The position numbers and the translations under genes were made by a program. A stretch of DNA of 64,000 nucleotides from Basidiobolus meristosporus CBS 931.73 (lineage: Eukaryota > Fungi > Basidiobolomycota): positions 1 through 64,000 of the forward strand of contig MCFE01000044.1 in assembly GCA_002104905.1 (NCBI GenBank), read 5' to 3'. The notes under the pieces were generated by a model that saw only the letters and a list, made by a program, of their open reading frames with translations, ran no database searches and was not told the origin of the DNA. This document shows positions 10,491 to 22,645 of the stretch, piece by piece; position 1 is the first letter of the stretch, and the number at the start of each line of letters is the position of its first letter.

Positions 10491-10498
10491 TATTTATA
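10491..10498 (-). promoter_or_regulatory. TATA box of secreted copy 1
   Basis: TATAAATA about 75 nt upstream of the ATG. Confidence 0.6.
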
Positions 10499-11137
10499 CT
10501 TGAAAGTACCTCGGCATGTTTGTAAAACGTTGTAATGCTTGATGCAGAAGGATCTACAAACTGTGACATCAATACATCGGCAATAAACTGTACGGTAGAT
10601 CCCTTTGAGCAGACTTGGGCAATACCGATCAGTCTTGAATGGCCCTTGTTGAGGGTCTAGTGATTGTTTGGTGAACTTGGACATGCTTTCGAATGACGGA
10701 TGTAACTAGATCCGCTTTCAGCATATACAATAATGATTGTAGCGGCTTGATTCCTTTCAACGTGCATTTTATTGATTTGAGACCAGCAATAATATTCAAC
10801 GTAAGATGCGGTGATTGATGTAGCAACTGTATTTTATTTCTTTACAAAACCACAGTCGAGCCTTTATGATGGCCATGTGAACCAACTACGAAAGCTTCAC
10901 CGAATCAATATTCTCCTTGAGAACATGAGTAATGAAGAGTTCACTTGGTGAAGAAAGGTCAAAGCAGCCCCTCCTGGTGAGTGCGAGTTGAGTCGCATAC
11001 CAAGTAGGCATGGCTTTGCCCATCCGATCAATCTCGCACTGCCAGTGCACCATGGACTAAGAATGGAAGCTTACTAAAGACAGGCACTTCAGCCGAAGTC
11101 ACTTGCCTTTAAGCTGCGAATTACTTCATCTAGTGAA

Positions 11138-11680
11138 TCAGTATATCTTATACCCCTGATGCGCTTGGCCGTGGCTTGCGTGACTGGGCTTTCCTCGAGC
11201 CCAGCCATTTCCTCCGTTACCATTCCCTCCGCTTTTTTGGTTGGTGTTTCCTTTGTTTTGTGAACCCTGTCCTGAGCCTGATGCGCTTGAGAGCTTCTCA
11301 ACTTTGTCAGTAATCTTCGTTAGACGTTCGGCCAAGTCTTCATTCTTGGCGACTGCCTCGGTGATCTGGCCACCGGTCTGCGACGTAGAGGCTTGGATCT
11401 TGTTGGCAGAGGTCTCCAGGTCATCTACATTCTGACCCAGGTTGTGGACCGCCAGATTCAAGCCAAGCTTGTCGCCTCCTACCTTCAGGTCCAGACCGCC
11501 AAGGCTCCAGTCGTCGGATAAAGGCGAGTCAGTCTTGCTGAGCACGTCATCAGTTATAGAGATACCAGCTTTACTGACCAAGTCATCCAAAGCACCCAGG
11601 GAGCCGTCCAAAAGAGAGCCGGATGGAAGGCCATAGGTGGATCCAATTACAGCGAGAATAGAGACAATGGAGAGTTGCAT
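11138..11680 (-). CDS. Secreted protein copy 2 (180 aa from MQLSIV)
   Basis: About 5 differences from copy 1 over ~545 nt, different C-terminal tail; TATAAAAG at 11754-11761. Confidence 0.88.
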   Translation of the reverse strand: MQLSIVSILAVIGSTYGLPSGSLLDGSLGALDDLVSKAGISITDDVLSKTDSPLSDDWSLGGLDLKVGGDKLGLNLAVHNLGQNVDDLETSANKIQASTSQTGGQITEAVAKNEDLAERLTKITDKVEKLSSASGSGQGSQNKGNTNQKSGGNGNGGNGWARGKPSHASHGQAHQGYKIY

Positions 11681-12679
11681 CGCGGAAAGTGGATCAGTTA
11701 GTTGGATGACTCGGTCAAACAAGGTTCAAGGTGAATGTGTGTGAATGGAAAGCCTTTTATACATAGCCAGGAGAAATCCCCTTGGTTTGAAACATGCGTA
11801 GATGCCATCCACACGAGATGACTGTAACATGTCAACCTTCGGGAGATTTATGCTGTGTCAATACAAATGATCTGCCCTCCTGAAGTCGCCTTGAATGATT
11901 CGGTTCAATGGTGGATGTGCTCAGGGATGGGAGCAATAACGGCCGGTCACGTGCCTACGAGGAAATATGTAATCATTCCCATGGAGGAACGATTTGCAAC
12001 ACAATGTCACAAGAATACTCTTGGCCCTCTAGACTAGATTTACAGGATAAATCTCAAAACTGTCTGTCAGACATTGTAGCGGTAGTGAAGGTTACTGGGG
12101 TTTTGTGGTTGTTTGCTAGTGGGCAATACTGAATTTTGTAAAACTCCTTAGGATGTAGTGCGAGCAGGTGATTCAAGTGAGGTTCGTTTGCCAAACTCAA
12201 ACATGCTCAACCGACTCGAGGATGGCAGTTCATTCTATAGTGTACTAGGAACTAAACAGAACCATAAGGCAGTTCTCCACTTTGGATAATACCCTTCAAA
12301 ATACCCACTTGGTAAAAGTCAGCTCAGAGAAACCCACTTGCTGACTCCCACTCACCTACCTCATTTCCAGTCCCTTGAAAGGATAGCCTCTTTGGTTGAT
12401 CAGACACAACAAAAGTCAGTATGACCCGAACAGATTCTCACCCAAAGCCTCTCTAATCCACATTGCTCATATCACTGTAGAACTGACGAGATCGCCGAGA
12501 GGTATGGTACGCTGAAATGCCAGTCTAGAATTTGGAGCTGAACCTATTTCTTAGCCTGAAGGCACTACCGAAGTTACATGAAGGGCTACTTCTGGATGAG
12601 CTGGTTCGAAACCCGCCCACGTCATGAAAGCGTCACTAGCAAACTCGATCCTGGACATTTATTGAATAAATTGATAAAA

Positions 12680-14056
12680 TCAAGAGCTTCGAGCACAGGC
12701 GCGTGGATGCGCCCACAGTTGGCTCATCCCAGGAGACCGGATATTCGCTTTTAGTTTGGTGGTTTCGCAAGCCAGGAATGGGTTGAACAGGCCGTTGGGG
12801 TCACCATAGTGCTCGTTCACTGTTCTTACTACGTAGCTTCCCTTGGCATCATATCTCCCCTTGAGCGTGTGAGCGATCACATACTCGGTCGCTCTACGAA
12901 TGGCCTGGTTATTGGATTCCCAACCATTGAAGCCTAATGCCTCGCCTAATTTGGCGAGGTAGATAAGTGCCTCCAGATTGAAGAACATGTACTTTACGTA
13001 ATCGGCTCGCTCGGCCTCAAGTGGCTGGTCGCCGTCAGCAGTAATCTGTCCAGGGATCTTCTGGGCAAAGAAAGCCTCCAGGTAGCCTCTGGCCTCCTCA
13101 TTCCTGTTGATAAACCTCAAGTAGGTGCACAGTTGGACGTGGTAGTAGGAGCAATGGTTGTTGTCACAGCTGAAGGCTTTGCGACCGATCTCACTGTGGA
13201 GCATCCATTCCACCAGCGCAGAAAACCACTGCTGGATGGCCAGATATTCCTGGCGATAGCGTTCTGTATAAAGTAACGGAAGCGTGTTGGTCACCTGGGT
13301 TAAGGCTCGGACCCCGATAAGTCCGGTTAGCTCTCCACTGGATGACCAGTTGGGTCTGATCTGGCCGTACTCAACATTAGGGTTCATGCGAGTACTCTCG
13401 TCGACGAAGAAGACCCGCAACAAGGTCCACGCGTGATCCAAGTATCTCGGCTCCGAAGTGAATGCATACCCGAGTGCGAGGTTTGTCACCTCACTACACA
13501 TGTCCTCGAGTTGCCTCTGGCAGGGCAGCTCGTCCACCCGGGGATTTTTCTTACCGTCCCTGCGAACGTAGGGTGCGGTGGCTGGGTCGGCCGCTTTTTC
13601 GTCCGGCCAGAAGTAGGGTGCGTGGGAGACGAAATCACGCGGGTCGTTCGAGGGTGGTACGTGGGGGTTGCAGGTGATGGTGAACGGTCCTTTCTCGAGG
13701 GACTTCTTGGCTGCTTTTTCAAGTTGGTTCAGTTTCTCTTTTGGAAGCAGGCTTCTATCTGCCGCTTGCTGCTGAACCGCCTCATAGTCAATAAAGCGAA
13801 CATACGGCTCGTTCGGTGCAACTAATGCTTGGAGTGGAGGCTCAGCCGCTGGGCGAACAGGTATGGGTGGTGTAGAGGCGGGCTGATTTGCAGGAGGACG
13901 TGAAGGGATAGCTGGTGTAGATATAGGTTGGTTTGCAGAAGGTCGAGGGGGAACGACGGGCTTGGCGGCGGTTGGGTTCATTGTTGGGGGAAGGGTAATA
14001 CCTACGCTCTCTAGCTTCTCGGAGACACGGTGAATTTTTTCCTTTAGCTTATCCAT
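12680..14056 (-). CDS. Alginate lyase family (PF05426-like) protein with Pro-rich N-terminus, no signal peptide, intronless
   Basis: DFVSHAPYFWPD, PYVRRDG.KNP, MNPNVEYGQ, NNH and Y.FFNLEAL motifs typical of the family. Confidence 0.88.
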   Translation of the reverse strand: MDKLKEKIHRVSEKLESVGITLPPTMNPTAAKPVVPPRPSANQPISTPAIPSRPPANQPASTPPIPVRPAAEPPLQALVAPNEPYVRFIDYEAVQQQAADRSLLPKEKLNQLEKAAKKSLEKGPFTITCNPHVPPSNDPRDFVSHAPYFWPDEKAADPATAPYVRRDGKKNPRVDELPCQRQLEDMCSEVTNLALGYAFTSEPRYLDHAWTLLRVFFVDESTRMNPNVEYGQIRPNWSSSGELTGLIGVRALTQVTNTLPLLYTERYRQEYLAIQQWFSALVEWMLHSEIGRKAFSCDNNHCSYYHVQLCTYLRFINRNEEARGYLEAFFAQKIPGQITADGDQPLEAERADYVKYMFFNLEALIYLAKLGEALGFNGWESNNQAIRRATEYVIAHTLKGRYDAKGSYVVRTVNEHYGDPNGLFNPFLACETTKLKANIRSPGMSQLWAHPRACARSS

Positions 14057-14908
14057 TCTTGGCGCTGAGTATTGAACGCCCGTGCATATGCGTGTGTATA
14101 TATACTATTTAGTCAAGACTACTATTTCTCGATAAAGTGATACGTAGCTAAGGATCGATTGGTGTGGAATCATCGCTCCGTCATATACATCACGATCGGC
14201 TATGGCGACAGTTCATGCACACACCCTTCCATGTCAAACAATAGGCAGCCACATAAACACCGACTGTTCTGTAGTTTCAGCCAAGAAAGTTGAAACCATC
14301 AATGCGAGTGGTGTGCGTGTGGTGTGCGTGTGGTTTGTTTCTAACGCTAAATCCATTAAACCGCTTGAATGATGCCTAATCGGCATAGGGTCAGGCAAAT
14401 CCAATTTATAAACATCTTTTAAACGGCTTCCAAGTCACGAATGGATTTTGGATTAAATTCGTATCGCGATAGCTACGATATCAATCCCGGTACCAATGGA
14501 ATTCCCTTTCCAAGCGTCTAACCAGCTTTTCTATCGCCTAGCTTTATACTTCTTTTCTCGTCCATATCATACTCTAGATTCAACTGCAAGAGCCACGCTT
14601 TATCTTTTCTTTCCAAGTTAGCTAATTCACCGACTTCTCAGTCACTCTAAATATATACGCGTCTAGGCTTGCTTTGTATACGGCAAAGAGTTCGAGCCTA
14701 CCTTAAAACCTGGTCCATATTTTCGGTATAGAGTTCATCCATTCTTGCTTGCACCTTACATCTGGTTACATCCCGGTGCCTATTGTTTCCTGGATTGCTG
14801 CACCTCCCCTTCCTTTTTCTGCACACAATAACCGACCGTTTTATTTCCCTCCACAGAACACCCGATTTCGAGACACCAATATAATAGCTTCTACTCACTA
14901 ATTTGTTC

Positions 14909-17900
14909 ATGGCTGCCATTGTACGGGCCTTATACGACTTCGATTCTGCAGACGATTCAAGCTTAAAATTCAAGAAGGGTGATGTTATCGAAGTAATTAC
15001 ACGTTTGGATTCAGGCTGGTGGGATGGCCTCTGCAATGGGATAAGAGGCTGGTTCCCATCCGAATTTGTAGTTCCCCTTGAAGCAGAAGAAGTCGAGCAT
15101 GACGAACAGGTAAGCGACGTTGCGCGGGGAATCTGGAGGAGCTCATCCTTCCAGAAGGGATCTCGGGCCTAACTCCTCCTATCTAGGGTAACGAGCAAGA
15201 ATATTTTAACCAAGTCGACCCCAGCACGAACCGGAAGCTTAGCCACACATATTCCGTAGAGGAGAGCTATGGAAACGAGATCAACCTGCCAGAGAACTGG
15301 ATCACTCATTCCGCTGAAGATGGAACCTTCTGGTACTACAATAGCGTTACAAAAGAAACCCGGTGGTCATACCCGGGGACGCCTAGCCAAAGCGACGCTC
15401 ACCCGACGCAAGGGGAGAATGGAACCAGCATGTTGCAGGACAAAAACAGCAGTGGGGTGGAAGTACCCTCCTTCCGCAAGGCAGCTCGTTCAGCCAGTGA
15501 CGATAAGGTTTGTGTCTTGCTTGGCAATGGGAGCCGTATTCTATGGTTAATCTATTGGGATAGCAGCTACCTCCCAACTGGAAAGAGAAGAAATCGCCCA
15601 ACGGCCGTACATACTACTTCAACATGGTCACCGACGACACAACGTGGAATCTCAACGAAGTGGATTGGGAAACAGGCTTGATCGTAAGTACTGGTATCTA
15701 CCGAGTCTCTGGATCGTTACTTACCCAACACCAGTTTAACCAAAACAAGGCGAGCACCAAAAGAAACTCCGCAGTGTCCACCTCCTCTGGATCATCCCTG
15801 GGGAATGACAATCCTTCGATTGGAGCGGGGGGCCCTCCCTCGTACCCAAAGAACCGCCGGCCCTCAGGGTTTGTGGGGCCCATGGACTCGGAGGGAAGCA
15901 TCCTGCACTTCAACTGGGCCAGATTGACCGCAAACATAGTTCTAGCCATTCACCGTCTGAATCACTCCTCCAAGCGCAATATGAAAGGGTACTTCATTGA
16001 GCAGGCCTCGGCCATTGTTGAAGCGGTAAGAGTGATGTTTGTTTCCTCTCGCACCGAGAGTATGGACTCCCCCGTGCTGAACGCACACCCCATGCTGAAA
16101 GCCCATCACCACCATGTGTTCAACTCCCTGTGCCGACTGGTCCTCTCGGCTCAATATGCCTCCATTGTCTGGTGCGCGCCTGATGCGGTCTACAAGATGC
16201 AACAAGACGCCAACGAGGTGCTGCTTGCTACCAGACACTTCATCACCGTCGCCCAAGACAACGGAGTCGACATTCGCAGCATCGACCGCGCAGAGCCCGA
16301 GGGTGGGGAGACGGGTAGATATGATGAGGGTGACCTTGCAGAGGCGGACCCCAATTCGGAATTTATCCTGGACAAGTCGGGAGCTCACACAGACATACTG
16401 ACGGAGCTTTTGGCCTGCTCCGGCTCGGTAGCCAGGTCAACAAACCAGCTGATCAAATACCTCATCATGGGGGATTTCAAGTCTGCCTCCCTGGTTGCGT
16501 TCATGAAGCAAGCCATCGCGGAGATCGGCCAGCTTCTAGCATTGACCGACGACATGGATGTGGAGAATGTCGACGAGACGATCGTCCGTGACTTTAAAAT
16601 CTGCAAGCAGTATGTCTACAACAACATCGCCATTCTGGTGGCCATCACCCAACGGGCCACCGAGAACTTGGCTCCCGAGAATATCTCCGAACAATTGCTG
16701 GAATGTGCCCGCCAAGTGGAGCTGTCGGTGAAGGAGCTGATTATCGCCAGCAAGTTCGTCATCCACGAGAAGGAGATGTACGAGCAGGTGTTCTTGGCCG
16801 AGAAGTACCGCAACCACACCAACCCGAACACCCCCGAAAACACTTTCCGCCCCCGTCGTGCCATGTCCTTGTCGTTTTTGGGCCGACACGTTGACCGGGC
16901 CTATGGGCTGGGTGCTGACGGGGAGAACAGCGCCGTCCCTATCCGTCGGAGGATGGATTCGCACGCGAATATCACCGACTCTATGGACATCCTGCACGAG
17001 GAAGAACCAGAGCTCCCCACAAACAACAAGCAGAAAGAGAAGCTCAAGAAGTTCTTTGGCGACGATGCCCCAAACACCGTGGTGACCAAGAGCGCCAGCG
17101 ACGAGCGACCATGGTACCTCGAATACGACTACGCCCCCAGTGACGTCGTATTCAACATGGAGGGCCAAGTGAAGGGCGGGACCTTGGTAGCATTGGTAGA
17201 ACGCCTTACGCTCCACGACCTGTTAGGTAGGCGAACACCCCCGGGACATTCTGCGATGACTCGACTAACCGTATTTCAAACACAGATTCCACCTTCATCG
17301 CCACCTTCCTGCTAACTTATCGCTCGTTCACCACCACGGAGGATCTATTCGAGCTCCTTTTTGAGCGGTTCAATATCCAGCCACCTGCCGAGCTAACCAA
17401 CGAGGAACACGAGATCTGGACCGAAAAGAAACTTGTCCCGATCCGGCTAAGGTAATGTTGCGGTCAGAAATGTAGCCATGGTCAGGCGGGCCACTAACCT
17501 GCCAGACAACCAGAGTGTTCAACATCATGAAGAGCTGGCTCGAGAGCTACTATCTGGAAGGCGAAGACGACTTCGCTCTAGAGGTCCTGAAGAACTTCGC
17601 CCAGGACAAGATGCAGGAGGTCATGCAGTTCGCCTCCAACCAGTTGATCAAGCTTATTGAAAAACGAGTGAGTCCCCTTCGCCCTCCTCAGCGAGCGCAA
17701 CCTACCCGGCTAACCACGTGATCTAGATGTCCTCTGAAGGGAACTTCCGAAAGATGGTGCTCAACATGAGCCGCGAGGCCCCGCTCCCCATTCTCCCTAG
17801 AAACATGAAAAAGCTGAAGCTGCTCGAGATCGACCCCATAGAGATCGCTCGCCAGTTCACCATCATGGACTCCACCATGTACAACAAAATCAGACCTGTC

Positions 17901-18838
17901 GAATGCCTCAGCAAGGCCTGGAGCCAAAAGGACGCGTCCATTGCCGTCAACATCAAGGCCATGATCGAGGTTTCAAATCAAGTATGCGCCTTTGTGTAGT
18001 CTCTTGTTGCCGCTGCGCCCTGACCTTGATCACCCTTCCAGGTTACGAACTGGGTTGCCGAGACGATCTTATCCGAGAAGGAGGTTCGGAAGCGAGTGGC
18101 TCTCATCAAGCACTTTATCTCCATTGGCGAGGTGACGATCTCTCATCCCGGGTCTTGCTCCACGCCACAGTTGCTTACCTTTGCATTCCTAGCGATGCCG
18201 CAGCCTCAACAACTTCAACACGCTGACCGCCATTCTGGCTGGACTCAACTCCGCGCCGATCCACCGGCTGAAGCGAACCTGGGAGGTACGGTTTCTATAG
18301 GGGATCTGATGGACGATGTGCAACGTGAACTTACCCGCATATAGCTGGTGAATGCCAAGTCAATAGGCACCCTCGATGGCTTGAAGAAGCTCATGAATTC
18401 CACCAAGAACTTCGGAGAATACCGTGAGGAGTTACATTCGGTGAACCCTCCGTGCGTTCCCTTCCTTGGTAAGTGATTTGGTGACCTTGCATATTCGCTC
18501 AACATCCCAAGCGATTAAGCCACGTTCCCTGGCTAGGTTTATATCTGACCGACCTGACGTTTGTCGAAGACGGCAACCCCGACCACGTTCCTAACCACCC
18601 CCATCTCATCAACATCGCCAAACGGGCGAAATGCGCCGAGGTGATCCGAGAGATTCAGCAATACCAGAACTCCCCGTACAACCTCACCACCGTCCCAGAG
18701 CTGCAGGCTTTCATTTGGCAGGCCCTCCGCGAACCCAACGGCGAGCGCGATCTGTACAACATGAGTCTCCACATGGAGCCCAAGGAACGCGAGGACGAGA
18801 AGATTGCTCGCCTGCTGCACGAGAGCGGCTTCTTATAA
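14909..18838 (+). CDS. CDC25: Cdc25-like Ras guanine nucleotide exchange factor (SH3, two WW, RasGEF_N, RasGEF), multi-exon
   Basis: ALYDF..GWWDG..GWFPS SH3; [16 protein letters not shown] and LPPNW..YYFN..TTW WW domains; [12 protein letters not shown]; [11 protein letters not shown]; [20 protein letters not shown]; multiple GT-AG introns. Confidence 0.95.
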
Positions 18839-19365
18839 TTTATCCCGCCCGACTTTACCTGATAGCAACTTCGTATTCCACGCCTAACCTATACTGCGGT
18901 GCCATCCGGATAACCATTTCTTTCATTCCCCTCCCCCAAAACACAACCCCCCCCCATTTCAACTGACCTTGGTCCATTCACTTCGATTAGTCTATTCCAT
19001 CGACACCGGGCAATACCATTCCCAAGCTTGTTTCTGAACCTACAAATATGTGACTTCTTTGTGTGTCCCTTCTACTCATCACTTTCAATAGTAAACATTT
19101 CCTTTCTCCTATTCGATCATATAACGTTGGGTGCGATGAGCATGAGCATGGGCATGGGCATGGGTAAGAGAGAAGGAAATCTGGATTGCAGCACCCCGGT
19201 CAAATGAAATGGATCCAAGCATGGCGATGGCAAGACGACCGGAAAATCCCATGGTTCCAGGGTCAAGGATCGACATGGTGTCGAGGAGAGAAAAAAATTT
19301 CCGAGAATAAATAGATGCCCACGGGCAGCTGGGTGCGCCCTCTTTCTTTTAGAAACTTAACGAAG

Positions 19366-19730
19366 ATGTCTTACGTTGCCAAAGGTAAACCCGGATTCGA
19401 AGAACAAGTCGAGCCAAGATCCACAAGATCCGTATCACCTTGACTTCCCGTAACGTCAAGAACCTCGAGAAGGTTTGCGCCGACTTGGTCTCCCGTGCCA
19501 AGGACAAGCAACTCCGCGTTAAGGGTCCCGTCCGTCTCCCCACCAAGGTCCTCCGCATCACCACCCGTAAGACCCCCAACGGTGAGGGTTCCAAGACCTG
19601 GGATCGTTTCGAAATGAGAATCCACAAGCGTTTGATCGACTTGCACTCTCCTTCCGAGATCGTCAAGCAAATCACCTCCATCTCCATCGAGCCCGGAGTC
19701 GAGGTTGAGGTCACCATCGCTGACGCCTAA
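19366..19730 (+). CDS. RPS20: 40S ribosomal protein S20 (uS10); one base missing near 19414
   Basis: [24 protein letters not shown]...KGPVRLPTK...[15 protein letters not shown]; ATG at 19366 ([17 protein letters not shown]) is out of frame by 1 nt. Confidence 0.95.
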
Positions 19731-20106
19731 ATCTGTTCTCTTCCTGTTCCGCAGCGAGCGAGCTTTCTTCGACAATAAACTTTTCTTGTCTTCTATTCTA
19801 CCTTCTTGGGTTATGTGTGATGGATGGGTGTGTATGGTGGTTAGGATGCGGTGCTGGAATCGGATATTCCAGAATGCATCAAGGGATCGGGATTAGTCAA
19901 CGTGGGGAGATTTGGAAGCTCCTGAGCGTTGTCTCGGATAATCCATATCATGGACGACCTGTGTGCTACTTCCCCAATCAATTGGTATTACTATTCTTGA
20001 TGCCAACATTTTCGTACACTAGCCAATTCTCCTGTCATCCTACAGCTAATTAAGCGAGTCCTCATCCCAACCTTGGCTTCGTTTCCACTCACTGACACCC
20101 CAAACC

Positions 20107-22439
20107 ATGCCCCCTCTCTTTAGATACCTCTCCAGACCGGCGCTCAGAAACACCAGGTTCTGGAACAGTAGGCCCACGGCCTTGATGACCCCCCACGTGC
20201 TCAAAACCGCCTCTCGAACCGCCACCGTAAGATATTTAAGCGGCGGGCAGGAAAATGCTCTGCACGCTACGCCCGTCCTTGAGAACGGAAACCGGGTTGA
20301 GAGGGAGCCCAGTGGGAAAACGTCAGGTATTTAAACCACCCGGTCTACACGGTCAACCCTGCCGGTTCCGGCGAGACTGTTCACCATGTCCGTGGTTCTC
20401 TCCACTGAGCCAGGTTTGTTTTAGAACACGACGGGCCGATCGCGACGTACGACAAGCTGGTCACCTCGGGGGTGGTGAACGACGACAGCTACCAACGCTC
20501 CGTAGTTCAACTACTGGAGGATTTGCATACCGAGTTGAAAACCTACCACCCCGGACTGAGCCCGGCCGTCCAGACATCTTTCTTCTCAAAGGTAAGCGTG
20601 CGTGTGTGCGTGTGCCTGTCGTTTGGCCGGTAGTAATGTGTTCGCTTCGTCACCCCTTCCCCAGTGGTTTGGCAACACGACTGCGTCGCGGAGCAGCGCA
20701 CCCAAAGGTTTATACTTGTAAGTAGGCCGAGGTAGGGGAACTTCGATTTGACACTATGGATGCTGACTGTTGTGCTCTAGGTATGGTGACGTGGGTAAGT
20801 GGTGGAGCGCTTCAGGCTGCCCTCGGTTCCGTGGAATTCACTCCCTCCCCTTCCTGTTAGGAACCGGCAAGACCATGCTGATGAATCTGTTCTACGACAC
20901 GCTGCAGATCCAAAGGAAAAGACGGATCCATTTTCACGCCTTCATGCTAGACGTGCACTCAAGTAAGCCCCCTTCAGGGTGTGCCAACGATCAGGGACCA
21001 ACTCCCGCCTGATTGCTTGCTCTCGATGTAGGAATCCAGAAGCTGAAGGATCGTGAAGGGGCCATCGAGGATCCAATCCCGCCCATCGCCCGAGATCTCG
21101 CCGATGAAGCGTACGTCCTCTGCTTCGATGAGTTCCAGGTAAGTTCCCCGGGGTGCCCACCGCCGACCACGCCATTCATACGCCACCATCCAGGTCACCG
21201 ACATCGCCGACGCGATGATCCTCCGTCGACTCATCTCCAGTTTGACCGAACACGGGGTCGTGATCGTGACGACGTCCAACCGGCATCCAGATGGTATGTC
21301 CTCGTGCATCCGGCTACCATGGGCACCCTCCAAACTAACCATCCCACTTCCCCAGAGCTTTACAAGAACGGGATCCAGAGAAAGAGCTTCATCCCCTGCA
21401 TCGAGTTACTGAAAGAGAAGTGCAAGGTGGTCGCGCTGGATTCTGGAACGGATTACCGTAGACTTGGTAGGTTTCCTCCACGGATCACCCCTTCGGCCAT
21501 AGACCAACTCGATTCCCCCTTTAGCCAAAGAAGCGGACCGGGTTTTCTTCAGGTAGGTCGATCCCCCGCCCTCCCACTCAAACCCACGTCCCAATCACCC
21601 CTCCATCTCACCGCGTATTCTTCTACCTTCTAGCCCCCTCACCAAGGAAAACACGGAGAGCGTCCAGAAGATTTTCGATCGGTTGTCTCAAAGCCAGCCA
21701 GGTAACTACTTCGTGACTCATCACTCAGTCTGGGCACATCCGACAGACCGTCCTAACCTACATCACATCAACCAGTCAAGCCGAAGGTCCTCGAATTCCT
21801 AGGCCGCAGTCTGGTGATTCCTGAGTCGGCGGGCGGTGTGGCGAAGATCAGCTTCCAAGAGCTTTGTGGCGAGGTACGACCCCCTTCCCCCTTCCACAAA
21901 CCTAACAGGCTGACGGTTGTTTTCGCAGGCGCATGGGGCGGCGGATTACCTCGAGCTGGCCAAAAACTTCCACACCTTGGTTCTCACGGACATGCCCAAG
22001 ATGAATCTCAGCCACCGGAACGAGGCCCGACGATTCATCACACTGCTGGATGCGTTATATGAGAATCACGTAATTCCCCTTCACCATCCCCTCGTTCGAC
22101 CCGACCTAACCCTTCCCCATCCTCCTTCCCCTTCATCTTTAGGTCGTGCTCGTCTGCAGCGCCGAGGACGATATCCTGAACCTCTTCTCCCCCGACAAGC
22201 AACTCGACCACGAGTCCAACGACCATAGGATGCTGATGGATGACCTGGGCCTTTCCAACCAGCAGGTAAGTCCCTTCCTGAACGTTCCGGTCGCTCTCAC
22301 GTGGGACTAACTCGGGGACCAGCTGTCCAGCCCGATCTTCTCCGGGGAGGAGGAGATCTTCGCTTTCCAGCGTGCGGTCAGTCGTCTGATAGAAATGCAA
22401 GGGCAGAGCTGGTTGAGCCGCAACCGCAGCCACGCTTGA
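20107..22439 (+). CDS. AFG1: AFG1/LACE1-like mitochondrial ATPase, multi-exon
   Basis: Spliced [18 protein letters not shown] (Walker A), [52 protein letters not shown]. Confidence 0.93.
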
Positions 22440-22554
22440 CTTGACCGGGTGGAAACCATGTGAACCAACAATAAACCGATGTATCATTCACCAGCCAAAT
22501 CGAATCCTCGCCAGTGCATAGTTTATTTGGGTGCGATTGGGAGGGGAGGGAGGC

Positions 22555-22626
22555 CGCAGTGGTGGGGAAGGGACAGGGGACAGGGAAAGGGAAAGGGACG
22601 GGAACGGGGGCATGGAAAAGGGGGCT
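22555..22626 (+). repeat. Degenerate G-tract array between convergent AFG1 and MEMO1 3' ends
   Basis: GGGGAAGGGACAGGGGACAGGGAAAGGGAAAGGGACGGGAACGGGGG. Confidence 0.8.
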
Positions 22627-22645
22627 GGTATTGCTTGGGCAGGAT

